Shown one piece after another: positions 26,171 through 36,159 of a stretch of DNA of 64,000 nt. The position numbers were made by a program, and so were the translations under genes. The stretch is from positions 46,787 to 110,786 of IMG/VR virus record IMGVR_UViG_3300047284_000228; one strand, 5' to 3'. The DNA is from a virus. The stretch's first letter is position 1, and the number at the start of each line of letters is the position of its first letter. The notes below the pieces were generated by a model, which made no database searches, was not told the origin of the DNA, and worked only from the letters and a program-made list of their open reading frames with translations.

Positions 26171-27006
26171 TCCCAATCACTACCATCTACAGGAGCGGTA
26201 TTCACAGCACCTGCTCCACTGCCCGAGTTTTGTCTGGTCCAACTTGGGTTCATACCATTCATTTCAAGAATGTCGTCTCGAATGTTTTGGTTGCGTTTTT
26301 CGATGTTGATAATTCGCACGAATGAATTAGTAACAGCAGCGGTATAATAAGCAAAAGGATTATCGGATTTAGATTCATCGAACTGTAAGCCTATCTGAGT
26401 TAACTGTAGAATAGCCTGTCCACGCATTTCGTCGTTGTAGGTGTAGCCTCGAACGTTGCCTCTAGTAGCATATCGTTCGCAGAGTTTTAGGAACATACGA
26501 GCTAGATTGTTGGTCATCTGACCGTGTTCTTTGTTAAACGATCCTGTGTTTAGATCTCCCTTCCAGTGGCTCTTACCTACACAGATTAGGTTATCGTTAT
26601 CATCAAACTTCCAGTGTTGGAAAGGAGGAAAGTTTACTTTATCGTGGCTGTCTGCGGTATTCTTAAGAGTTTTCTTACGACCAGGAGCCAGCGGAATATG
26701 TTCGAATGTCATGATTCTAAACACTAGATCGTGTTTGGAAATTTTCTTATAGTCTATTTCGTGTTCCTTGGCTGATGATTTTTTGCCGGTTTTTTGAGCC
26801 GCTTCGTGTGCCTGCTTACTAAGTTTAGCTGCTTTATTTCTTTTAGCTTCGGCTATGGTTCTAATATTGATCTTGGCTAGATTAGGAAGAATAATATCGT
26901 AATCAGCGTAGATCGGATCCGTAAAGGTACAGAAGGTATTTTTGCTTAGATGTATTTCTCTTAGTAAATCTTTGTTAGTTAGGTATTTTATTTTTTGTTC
27001 TGTCAT
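26167..27006 (-). CDS. gp55: Late-transcription sigma factor, gp55-like (start revised to ATG 27006)
   Basis: YLTNKDLL..I N-terminus; RGYTYNDEM, FDESKSDNPFAYYT..NSFVRII..EKR motifs; adjacent to gp47/gp46 as in T4-like phages. Confidence 0.85.
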   Translation of the reverse strand: MTEQKIKYLTNKDLLREIHLSKNTFCTFTDPIYADYDIILPNLAKINIRTIAEAKRNKAAKLSKQAHEAAQKTGKKSSAKEHEIDYKKISKHDLVFRIMTFEHIPLAPGRKKTLKNTADSHDKVNFPPFQHWKFDDNDNLICVGKSHWKGDLNTGSFNKEHGQMTNNLARMFLKLCERYATRGNVRGYTYNDEMRGQAILQLTQIGLQFDESKSDNPFAYYTAAVTNSFVRIINIEKRNQNIRDDILEMNGMNPSWTRQNSGSGAGAVNTAPVDGSDWD

Positions 27007-27055
27007 ATACTCAGTATTCTCCAATAGTTAATATAGTAGCACATTTTGTCAAGAA

Positions 27056-27061
27056 TAAATA
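27056..27061 (+). promoter_or_regulatory. Late promoter motif TAAATA for the baseplate operon
   Basis: In the divergent intergenic region upstream of 27088. Confidence 0.6.
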
Positions 27062-27087
27062 GTGTAAACTAGGAAAATTTTGTCAAA

Positions 27088-28191
27088 ATGGCGTTATCAA
27101 TCAATCCTCTGGCTAAATTAGTCAACAGCGTTTCGTCGCAAGTAGGAGCAGCAGCACAGTCTGCGCAGTCATCTCTGGCAGCAGCAGATACTTCGGCTCT
27201 TAAAGCCAACGTAGATGCCACTGTGGGAAGACTCTCGGGCGAAATCGGCAGCGGACTCAACGGAGCCACCGCAGCCGCTAATACTATGATGGGCAATGCT
27301 GCATCAGCATTAAAGGGCGTAGGAAGTCCAATACAGAGCCTAGCATCAAACGCCACAGGGGGAAGTAGTGCTTTGGGATCACTAGGCGGGGTTGCCGGAG
27401 CGGTCAGCAATGCTGGAGCTGCTATAGGTGCTAGTTTGAACAAATTAGGTTTGGCCAGTGGTGGTTTAGGTGGCGGCCTAGCTCAACTTGCCACAGGCAT
27501 ATCTTCTGCGGCTGGAATGATAAACAATCTTTTAAGTATGGCTAGAGGAAAAAACCTACCTAGTGGTGCAGAATTATTTAATCAGCAAGGTGCGTTTGTC
27601 GAAGTAAAACCGGGCACAGCCGATGACTGGAGAGTAAAACTCAATTGTAATTTTGGTTTGTTCGGCACAGCCTTTTCAAGACTGTCGGCGACCAACGGTT
27701 TTGTTTGGCCTTATCTCCCTACCATCACCGTTGCCAGTAAAGCCAATTATACCCAGATAGATCCTATACATAATCTACAACCTTTCTATGCATATAAGAA
27801 CAGTCAGATAGATGACATACAGATCAGCGGAGAGTTTTCAGTTGAAACAGAGCTAGATGCTCAGTACTGGATACAGGGCACCACCTTTTTAAGAACAGCT
27901 ACCAAGATGTTTTTTGGTCAAGGACCTAATGTAGGAAATCCTCCGATCATTTGTAATCTCACGGGCTATGGCGCTAGAGTCTTTAATTCAGTTCCGGTTA
28001 TCATAAAAAGTTTTAGCGTAGATTTCAAAGATGATGTGAATTATATCAAATGTTCTCTAGACGGTGCTAACACCTGGGTGCCGATCATGAGCACGATCTC
28101 TGTTACTGTTGCGCCTATCTATAACAGAACAAAGTTGCGTAGATTCTCTCTGAATGATTATGCTGCTGGAAAAACCGTAGGATATCTATAA
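27088..28191 (+). CDS. Baseplate/tail-tube initiator protein (gp48/gp54-like) with Gly/Ala-rich N-terminal extension
   Basis: WPYLPTI..Y..YKNS..IQISGEF..GNPP.IC.L.GYG..VPVIIKSF tube-like fold; first gene of the baseplate operon. Confidence 0.6.
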   Translation: MALSINPLAKLVNSVSSQVGAAAQSAQSSLAAADTSALKANVDATVGRLSGEIGSGLNGATAAANTMMGNAASALKGVGSPIQSLASNATGGSSALGSLGGVAGAVSNAGAAIGASLNKLGLASGGLGGGLAQLATGISSAAGMINNLLSMARGKNLPSGAELFNQQGAFVEVKPGTADDWRVKLNCNFGLFGTAFSRLSATNGFVWPYLPTITVASKANYTQIDPIHNLQPFYAYKNSQIDDIQISGEFSVETELDAQYWIQGTTFLRTATKMFFGQGPNVGNPPIICNLTGYGARVFNSVPVIIKSFSVDFKDDVNYIKCSLDGANTWVPIMSTISVTVAPIYNRTKLRRFSLNDYAAGKTVGYL

Positions 28192-28192
28192 T

Positions 28193-28492
28193 ATGGCAGT
28201 CTACAAAAAAACATCACCGTATTTTACAACCAAGCAAAATAATCTTTATCTAGAACTATTGGCTATACGACCAGTACCGGCCGAGGCAGACGATTTTCAA
28301 TACGTTATAGAGGGACAGTATAAACATAGACCAGATCTTTTAGCCTATGACTTATACGGTAATTCTAATCTGTGGTGGGTATTTGTTCAAAGGAACATGG
28401 AAGTTCTTAGAGATCCCATATATGATTTTGAACCCGGGGTTACTATATATTGTCCTAAAAAATCAAACTTAGAAAAGTTTATCGGAGTCTAA
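28193..28492 (+). CDS. gp53: Baseplate wedge protein, gp53-like (LysM-like)
   Basis: RPDLLAYDLYG...LWWVF..RN motif. Confidence 0.8.
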   Translation: MAVYKKTSPYFTTKQNNLYLELLAIRPVPAEADDFQYVIEGQYKHRPDLLAYDLYGNSNLWWVFVQRNMEVLRDPIYDFEPGVTIYCPKKSNLEKFIGV

Positions 28493-28493
28493 C

Positions 28494-30824
28494 GTGTCGA
28501 TATTCAGAGACATAGGCCAGAAAGTAGGCAATCTTTTGATGCCCTCTGGCAGACCAATACTTGACATACCTACAGTTCCAAATATTTTACAAGGTAATGC
28601 ACAGGCTATTACTGGACAGGTGTCTGCTGCTACCGCAACCATTGATCCAAAGAACATTGACAATGTTGTTCAAGATTCCGGAAAGACCCTAGCGGTAACT
28701 ACTTTTGGTCTTTACAAAACCTTGTCGGGAAAAACCACTGCTGGTTCAGGACCTCCCTATGAGAATGTATTAGAGCAATTCGCTTCCTATGTACCTTTAT
28801 GGACTCTGAGCTGCCTCGAACCAAATCAGTTTAATGATCCTACTACCTATAGAGGAAATCCGTCTGCTTTAAAAAATGTAGTATTTTCTTCTGCAGGAAG
28901 ATTTGACGAAAAGCGTGTGGCCACTGCCTACGGAACACCTGAATATTTTGTAGATAATTTTGTACTACAGGCACAGCTTGGTGGCTCAGCAAAGACGGGT
29001 AATACCAACGTTTCTAGTTTTTCTTTTGAAGTCTATGAACCTTATTCATTAGGATTATTTTTACAAAGTCTACAGGCAGCGGCCATCGGTGCCGGGTATC
29101 CGTCCTACCTTAATGATACTCCGTATCTGCTCAAACTAGAATTTTTAGGATATCAAGACAGCGGCGCTGTTTTTGGCTCTACAGAAGATCTGGCAAAATA
29201 TTTTACAATTAAAATTACCAAAGCTGAGTTCACTGTTAATGAGGGTGGCAGCAAATATAAAGTTGAAGCAGCACCTTTTCATCATCAAGGTTTCAGCGAT
29301 GTTATTAATAATATTCCTACAGATTTAAAATTAACAGGAATGAAAGTGTCTGAAGTCTTATCTTCCGGACCGCAGAGTCTTATCAATGCGTTGAATCAGT
29401 TGCAATTAGAAAACGTTAACAAAAAACAAGCAGAAATACCAGACCTATACGAAATAGTGTTTCCTATCGATGCCTCGGATAAAGTAGGATTAGACGGCGG
29501 ATTATCGACCGAAGTATTAAAAGCCATGGCAGATCCTAAAAAGCCTGTGACACAGAGGATAGCAGTCCAAGCCAGAGAAGCCGCAGCTGGAACTTTTGGC
29601 CAAGGAGTCATAGGCAGCGCCAGTATGGGATTTTCAGAGACATCTGGCGGAAACTATAATTTTAAACTTGAAGGTGACATAATAGATGAAAAGACCGGTC
29701 GTATCGTACGAGATAGGATGACCATTGATCCCAAGCAGCGAGAAATACAATTTCCTCAGGGTTCAAAGATCACCGAAATAATCAAGTACATCGTCTCGGC
29801 ATCTGAATATTGTGTAAAGAGTCTAAAAGGCGAAAATATCAAAGACGGTATGGTAGATTGGTTCCGGATAGATGTGCAAATACAGTTACTTGATTTTGAC
29901 AGGATTCGAAACGTAAAAGCAAAAAAATATGTTTATAGGGTAGTTCCTTTTAAAGTCAGCGCCACTACCTATCAGAACCCAACAGCACCGGCATCGGGGC
30001 AAGACAAACTAGAAAAAATAATTTGTAAAAGATATGACTATCTTTACACAGGTCAAAACAATGATATTTTAAGGTTTGATTTAACCTTTAATGGAATGTT
30101 CTATACGGGAATCATGCCTAGGCCGCCGCAGGAAAATGCCAATGTGGCAAATAAGGATGTGCAAAATCCCGCACCAGAACCGACGCCAACAGCGGAGATA
30201 GAAACCGGAGACGCCCCAAGTAGCTCGACTAGCCAAAACGGCTCGCCGCCGGTCAAGCCCGATCCAAATTTAAATGCTCCGTCGTTTAGTGGGGACAAGA
30301 CTGTAGAGCAGATTGTGGCAGATGCTTTTAATAAGTCTTTTGCTGCCAGCAGCGAAATGACTAGTGTAAAAATAGAAATACTAGGCGATCCTTATTTCCT
30401 TAGTGATAGCGGTATTAATTCTAACTATCTGGCCGAGTACGGACCTAATTCACAGATAACCGCTGACGGATCTATGAACTGGGAAGGCAGTCAGATATTT
30501 GTCTATATAACATGGAGAAATCCTTTAGAACCAAATCTCGGAACCACAGGGCAGGGAGGATTGTATAATTTTCCCAACGGCGGAGCAGTAACACCGTTCA
30601 GCGGAATATATCACGTAAAGAGTGTGGAAAATAAATTCAGTAACGGAACTTTTACACAAACTTTAGATCTAGCTCGCCAGGTTAATCAGGCACTTGATTA
30701 TGTTGGTCAAGAAACAGTTAATAAACAAAATCAGGTCATGTACGATACATCGAAAGTAGCACCTGAAAAAACCACACCAACAGATGATCCAGCTACACAA
30801 ACTTCAGGGAGTATGATGGCTTAA
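28494..30824 (+). CDS. Baseplate hub protein (gp27/GpD-like)
   Basis: IEILGDPYF and FSGIYHVKSVENKFSNGTFTQTL motifs; position before the spike gene; GTG start. Confidence 0.65.
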   Translation: MSIFRDIGQKVGNLLMPSGRPILDIPTVPNILQGNAQAITGQVSAATATIDPKNIDNVVQDSGKTLAVTTFGLYKTLSGKTTAGSGPPYENVLEQFASYVPLWTLSCLEPNQFNDPTTYRGNPSALKNVVFSSAGRFDEKRVATAYGTPEYFVDNFVLQAQLGGSAKTGNTNVSSFSFEVYEPYSLGLFLQSLQAAAIGAGYPSYLNDTPYLLKLEFLGYQDSGAVFGSTEDLAKYFTIKITKAEFTVNEGGSKYKVEAAPFHHQGFSDVINNIPTDLKLTGMKVSEVLSSGPQSLINALNQLQLENVNKKQAEIPDLYEIVFPIDASDKVGLDGGLSTEVLKAMADPKKPVTQRIAVQAREAAAGTFGQGVIGSASMGFSETSGGNYNFKLEGDIIDEKTGRIVRDRMTIDPKQREIQFPQGSKITEIIKYIVSASEYCVKSLKGENIKDGMVDWFRIDVQIQLLDFDRIRNVKAKKYVYRVVPFKVSATTYQNPTAPASGQDKLEKIICKRYDYLYTGQNNDILRFDLTFNGMFYTGIMPRPPQENANVANKDVQNPAPEPTPTAEIETGDAPSSSTSQNGSPPVKPDPNLNAPSFSGDKTVEQIVADAFNKSFAASSEMTSVKIEILGDPYFLSDSGINSNYLAEYGPNSQITADGSMNWEGSQIFVYITWRNPLEPNLGTTGQGGLYNFPNGGAVTPFSGIYHVKSVENKFSNGTFTQTLDLARQVNQALDYVGQETVNKQNQVMYDTSKVAPEKTTPTDDPATQTSGSMMA

Positions 30825-32272
30825 TGGCACAAGAAAAACGCAGTCCGGTAAAAGAAGACGAAGGTAAATTACCTTCGGGGATTCTACTAGCAAAAGTAGT
30901 AGGATATCTTGACCCCGCCTTTATGGGCGGGCTTGAAGTGACGCTGTTACGAGAAAACGGAAATTCGATTGGTAACTTAAATCAAACATATTCTATAAAG
31001 TATTCTTCTCCCTTCTACGGAGTTACTGCCTACGAATATCTAGGAATGAATAAACCGGACTTTCAAGACACACAAAAAAGTTACGGAATGTGGTTTCCTA
31101 CAGTAGAGATAGGAACCACAGTTTTGGTTGTGTTTGTTAACGGAAGTGCTGATTCAGGATTTTTCATAGGCTGTGTTCCTGGTAGGTTTATGAATCAAAT
31201 GATTCCTGCTATCGGAGGAACCACAGATGTTGAGCTTACCGCTGATCAAAAAAAGAAATATGACACCACGCAACCGTTGCCTGTAGGAGAGTTTAATCGT
31301 AAGGCTAACGAACAAGAAAAGAGCTTGGCCGTAGACAAGATTAAAAAGCCTGTTCATCCTGTGGCTGATAGATTTTTAGAACAAGGATTGTTAGAAGACG
31401 ATGTTAGAGGAGTGACAACATCCTCTAGTAGGAGAGGAGTACCTAACGCAGTTTTTGGTATATCGACTCCGGGACCGTTTGATAGATCGGACGGAGCTAA
31501 AAAGCAGTTTATCGGCAAACAACAGAGCAAGAGTCCTATTCCAGTACCGGTAGGCAGATTAGGCGGTACTACCATAGTAATGGATGATGGTGACGATAGG
31601 TATCAGAGAAAGAAAAAACCCTGGGAAGGCGGTGTTGAATATGCAGATACTGAAAATAAAGAAAAGGGCGATCCTGATATTCCCTACAACGAATATTTTA
31701 GAATCAGAACTAGAACAGGTCATCAGATATTATTCCATAATTCCGAAGATTTAATCTACATAGGTAATGCCAGAGGAACTGCGTGGATCGAATTAACCAG
31801 TAACGGTAAGATTGATATTTTTTCTGAGGACAGTATCAGTATACACACTGAAACAGATTTGAACATTAGAGCAGACAGAGACATAAATCTAGAAGCAGGT
31901 AGGAATGTTAATATCAAAGCAGTTTCGGGTAGTTTTCATGCCGAAGCAGGAAAAGAATACAAGATATATGCAGCCGCCGACGGAAGGCTCACAGCAGGAC
32001 TTGCAACCAGCATAGTCAGCGGAGGCGCTATATTACAGACCGCGGCTCAAATACATCTAAACGGACCTCCGGGTGTACCCGTAGTTCCTCTTTCCACCCA
32101 TGATAATATCGTTACCAGCTCTAGTGAAAAGTGGGAAGGTAAAAATCGCTACGCGGTTAAAGATCCTCTGAAAAGTATTATGAAGCGTGTTCCTATGCAC
32201 GAACCCTGGGCCCTACATGAAAATCAAGCACCGGATCTACTAACACCGGACAATACAGATAGAGAAGCATAA
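30824..32272 (+). CDS. gp5: Baseplate central spike (gp5/VgrG-like), no lysozyme domain seen
   Basis: OB-fold SYGMWFP..GT.VLV.F; RTRTGHQI; beta-helix repeats; C-terminal RVPMHEPW..HE. Confidence 0.8.
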   Translation: MAQEKRSPVKEDEGKLPSGILLAKVVGYLDPAFMGGLEVTLLRENGNSIGNLNQTYSIKYSSPFYGVTAYEYLGMNKPDFQDTQKSYGMWFPTVEIGTTVLVVFVNGSADSGFFIGCVPGRFMNQMIPAIGGTTDVELTADQKKKYDTTQPLPVGEFNRKANEQEKSLAVDKIKKPVHPVADRFLEQGLLEDDVRGVTTSSSRRGVPNAVFGISTPGPFDRSDGAKKQFIGKQQSKSPIPVPVGRLGGTTIVMDDGDDRYQRKKKPWEGGVEYADTENKEKGDPDIPYNEYFRIRTRTGHQILFHNSEDLIYIGNARGTAWIELTSNGKIDIFSEDSISIHTETDLNIRADRDINLEAGRNVNIKAVSGSFHAEAGKEYKIYAAADGRLTAGLATSIVSGGAILQTAAQIHLNGPPGVPVVPLSTHDNIVTSSSEKWEGKNRYAVKDPLKSIMKRVPMHEPWALHENQAPDLLTPDNTDREA

Positions 32273-32706
32273 TGGCAAAATTATATAATAAAAAATCAGT
32301 AGCATCTGTGAATGCATCTGTTAGTGATAGTCTAGCAGCTTTTACCTATAAGGGATTTAATTCTTCTGAGACTAAAAAAGGTTACAAGAGCTACGATATG
32401 GATTTGGTCAAACAAGACATTATAAATCATTTTTATATCCGTAAGGGAGAAAAGTTAATGAATCCGGATTTTGGTACGGTGATCTGGGATTTATTATTTG
32501 AACAATTCACTGAAGAAGTTAAAAAATTAATCACAGATAACGTTGAAGAAATAATCAACTATGATCCTAGAGTAACTGTGAATTCTGTGTTAATAGATAG
32601 CACAGACATGGGAATTAGGATAGAAGCTAACGTCACTTATCTACCGTTTAACATTAACGAAAACATGGTTTTTAACTTTGACAGAGCAAATAATATCATT
32701 AACTGA
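32272..32706 (+). CDS. gp25: Baseplate wedge protein, gp25-like
   Basis: RKGEKLMNPDFGT.IWDLLFE..YDPRV motif. Confidence 0.9.
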   Translation: MAKLYNKKSVASVNASVSDSLAAFTYKGFNSSETKKGYKSYDMDLVKQDIINHFYIRKGEKLMNPDFGTVIWDLLFEQFTEEVKKLITDNVEEIINYDPRVTVNSVLIDSTDMGIRIEANVTYLPFNINENMVFNFDRANNIIN

Positions 32707-32724
32707 GCAGTTAATTTTTACAGG

Positions 32725-32730
32725 TAAATA
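32725..32730 (+). promoter_or_regulatory. Late promoter motif TAAATA
   Basis: Upstream of the gp6-like gene. Confidence 0.6.
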
Positions 32731-32747
32731 CGTGATAGGAACAGGTT

Positions 32748-35700
32748 ATGACCACAACTTCTAGACAAAATAATTTAATTCTAAACGAGGACTGGACTAG
32801 GATATATCAGACATTTAAAAATGCTGATTTCAAATCCTACGACTTTGAAAATCTTCGTAGAGTCATCATCTCCTATTTTAGAGAAAATTATCCAGAAGAC
32901 TTTAATGATTACATAGAAAGCAGCGAATATTTGGCTCTTATAGATGCTATTGCATTTTTAGGACAGAGCCTGGCCTTCCGTATTGATCTAGCATCTAGAG
33001 AAAATTTTATCGAACTAGCAGAGCGCAAGGAAAGTGTTCTACGCCTTGCTAAGATGCTGAGCTATAATGCGAAACGAAATATCAATGCCAAGGGTCTTTT
33101 AAAATTTGATACTGTTAGTACCACAGAAAACATCTTAGACAGTAACGGTAAAAATCTATCCCAGCAGACAATTATCTGGAACGATCCAACCAATCAAAAT
33201 TGGGCCGAACAATTCGTTACTGTACTAAACGCCGCCATGGCAGACAATACAGAATTTGGTCGTAGCCAAGGTTCGGCAGTGATTGAAGGAATACAAACTG
33301 AACAATATAGGTTTAGGACTACATCGACAGATGTTCCTATTTTTACGTTCAGCAAGGTAGTGGCAGGGCGAAACATGACCTTTGAACTAGTCAGCACTAG
33401 TTTTAAAGGTAAGGAAGAAATCTACGAAGAATCACCAACTCCCGGAAATCAGCTAGGATTTGTTTATAGAAATGACGGTCGCGGAGGCACCAGTGCCAAT
33501 ACCGGATTTTATCTAATGTTCAAACAGGGTTCTCTTGAACTAGCTGATTTTTCTATAGACATTCCCGCTACTAATGAAATAGTAGCCGTGGATGCTAATA
33601 ATATCAACAATGACGACGTGTGGTTGTTTGCCCTAAGTGCTGCCGGAGTGCAGTTAGATGAATGGACCAAAGTATCGGCCTTGACAGGTAGTAACATTGC
33701 CTATAATAGTGTAACTTCCGACATAAGAAATATCTACACAGCTATCACTAAAGAAAATGACAGAGTTGATCTAGCGTTTGCTGACGGAGTATACGGTAAC
33801 TTACCTCAGGGAAATTTTAGAGTCTATTATAGAACCAGCAACGGTCTATCATATCAAATAGCACCCTCCGAACTACGAGGTATCACTATAGCTATACCGT
33901 ATGCTAACAAACAAGGTGTAAGTCATACACTAACCATAACACTGGGATTAAAATACACAGTAAGTTCCTCCGCACCTAGCGAGTCTGTTGATGCTATTAG
34001 ACAAAATGCACCGGCACAGTATTACACACAAAATAGAATGGTTACGGGAGAAGACTACAATCTAGCCCCGTTGACGGCTTCTCAAAATATTTTAAAAATT
34101 AAATCTATTAATCGAACTAGCAGTGGCATTTCTCGGAACTACGAAATAATTGATGCCAGCGGAAAGTATTCTTCTGTGAATGTTTTTGCCGATGACGGCA
34201 TCGTATACAAAGAAGAAATAGAAAGATCATTTGCTTTTAAATTCACTAACAGAATAGAAATTCTAAACTTTATCAGAAGCACCATAGAAGAAACTGTTAA
34301 CGACACTGACGTATATAATTTTTACCTTACAAAATTTGATAAGATTTTGTTTACAGATCAAAATACAATATGGAACATGGCTACCTCTGATGTGAATCTG
34401 TCCACAGGATATTTTTACAATAGTTCTGATGTTAATCTTATTTTGAAAGTAGGAACTTATACTACCAGTACATTAAAATATCTTTTGCCAGGCGCATTGA
34501 TTAAATTTGTTCCGCCTGCGGGGTTTGCCTTTAAGAGCGGCAAGATAGTCCCAGCAGACATCGGTGATCCTCAACAAAATGATAGTATATGGACCAAGGT
34601 AGTAAGAGTTACCGGAGACGGAACCAACGGCAATCTAGGAATTTTAAATTCCGGATTAGGTGCAATACAGTTTAGTGATATCGTTCCTACAGGAAGTATA
34701 GCATCCAGAATAGTACCCAAGTTTACTACAAACCTATCCTCTGCATTAGAAAATGAAATGACTAATCAGATGTTTAGTAATTTGAATTTTGGAATTAGAT
34801 ATAGTATTACAGACGGCGAATGGAAATTAATTACCGCTGCTAATTTAAATTTGCTCAGTAGTTTCAGTTTAGGTAAAGCTGGAGATTCAACTAACAATAA
34901 CCTAGACGCATCGTGGTTGATATCGTTTGTTAAAGAAGCAGATGAATATGTGATAAGAGTCAGAGGATTGGATTATATTTTCTCAAGTTTAGAGCAGAAT
35001 CGATTTTATTTTGATGCCAAGGCAAAGACCTACGACAGCAAAACAGGAAAAGTAGTCTATGATCAGATCAAGATTTTAGGGATCAATGCCGACAGTAATC
35101 TTTTACTACCACTTAAGTCTGATATACAGTTTAAGATCGATGATTCGATCAGATTTGACGACGGCTACGAAAGCACAGACTCTATCAAGATCACATTCTT
35201 TGACTCGGATGACGATGGTGTCATAGATAATCCTGATTCTTTTGAAAAAGTAGTAGGGGCCGATTTAGATTTAAAATATTTGTTTTTCCAAACGGTCGCT
35301 GATGACCTAGGCAATAAGATCAAACAGTATATTGATAATTCTGCTGGAGATATCCTAATCGTACAAAAAGAAAGTTTGGTTAATTTAACTGACCAAACAA
35401 CCTACTACGACGGTCGTCTGATTTATTTTTGGGACAACGATGAAGATCAAATCAAACGAGTTGATAGAAGTACCAATACATTGATTTTAGAACCAACTTA
35501 TTCTGCAGCCATAGGCAGAGCCAAACTCAAGTTCCAATATATTCATAACGCTATGGTAGACAGAAGAATTGATCCGAGCTCAAGTAACATCATAGATGTA
35601 TACATTCTGACTAGAAATTACGATACACAGTTTAGAAATTATCTAGCAGGAGTCGCTACAGAACCAGAAGCTCCGAATAGCGATAGTCTAAGAATTAGTT

Positions 35701-36158
35701 TTGGATCAAAGTTAAATCTTATTAAAACTGTAAGCGATGAAATAATTTATCATCCTGTAGAATATAAGGTCTTATTTGGATCTACCGCGGATGTTAAACT
35801 ACAGGCAAAGTTTAAAGTAGTTAAAAATCCAAATAAATTAATCAACGATAACGATTTAAAAGTAAGAATAATAACTGCGATTAACGAGTTTTTCGATATT
35901 AATAATTGGGACTTCGGTGATAGATTTTATATCAGTGAATTAATAACTTATGTAATTAATACTGTCAGTCCTGACATATCTAATATGATAATCGTACCTA
36001 GACAGCCAACTCAGAGTTTTGGTAGTCTATTCGAAATACAAAGTAGGGTCGATGAGATTTTCGTTAGCGGTGCTACAGTGGACGATGTAGAAATCGTTAC
36101 TGCTATTTCCGCATCCGAAATAAGAGCTCAGGCAAATTCAATAGTATCGAACACATAA
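32748..36158 (+). CDS. gp6: Baseplate wedge subunit, gp6-like
   Basis: DFENLR..YPEDFNDY.ESS, ENFIELA..SV..LAKMLSY, FADG..G.LP and QNRMVTGEDY motifs. Confidence 0.88.
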   Translation: MTTTSRQNNLILNEDWTRIYQTFKNADFKSYDFENLRRVIISYFRENYPEDFNDYIESSEYLALIDAIAFLGQSLAFRIDLASRENFIELAERKESVLRLAKMLSYNAKRNINAKGLLKFDTVSTTENILDSNGKNLSQQTIIWNDPTNQNWAEQFVTVLNAAMADNTEFGRSQGSAVIEGIQTEQYRFRTTSTDVPIFTFSKVVAGRNMTFELVSTSFKGKEEIYEESPTPGNQLGFVYRNDGRGGTSANTGFYLMFKQGSLELADFSIDIPATNEIVAVDANNINNDDVWLFALSAAGVQLDEWTKVSALTGSNIAYNSVTSDIRNIYTAITKENDRVDLAFADGVYGNLPQGNFRVYYRTSNGLSYQIAPSELRGITIAIPYANKQGVSHTLTITLGLKYTVSSSAPSESVDAIRQNAPAQYYTQNRMVTGEDYNLAPLTASQNILKIKSINRTSSGISRNYEIIDASGKYSSVNVFADDGIVYKEEIERSFAFKFTNRIEILNFIRSTIEETVNDTDVYNFYLTKFDKILFTDQNTIWNMATSDVNLSTGYFYNSSDVNLILKVGTYTTSTLKYLLPGALIKFVPPAGFAFKSGKIVPADIGDPQQNDSIWTKVVRVTGDGTNGNLGILNSGLGAIQFSDIVPTGSIASRIVPKFTTNLSSALENEMTNQMFSNLNFGIRYSITDGEWKLITAANLNLLSSFSLGKAGDSTNNNLDASWLISFVKEADEYVIRVRGLDYIFSSLEQNRFYFDAKAKTYDSKTGKVVYDQIKILGINADSNLLLPLKSDIQFKIDDSIRFDDGYESTDSIKITFFDSDDDGVIDNPDSFEKVVGADLDLKYLFFQTVADDLGNKIKQYIDNSAGDILIVQKESLVNLTDQTTYYDGRLIYFWDNDEDQIKRVDRSTNTLILEPTYSAAIGRAKLKFQYIHNAMVDRRIDPSSSNIIDVYILTRNYDTQFRNYLAGVATEPEAPNSDSLRISFGSKLNLIKTVSDEIIYHPVEYKVLFGSTADVKLQAKFKVVKNPNKLINDNDLKVRIITAINEFFDINNWDFGDRFYISELITYVINTVSPDISNMIIVPRQPTQSFGSLFEIQSRVDEIFVSGATVDDVEIVTAISASEIRAQANSIVSNT

Positions 36159-36159
36159 T

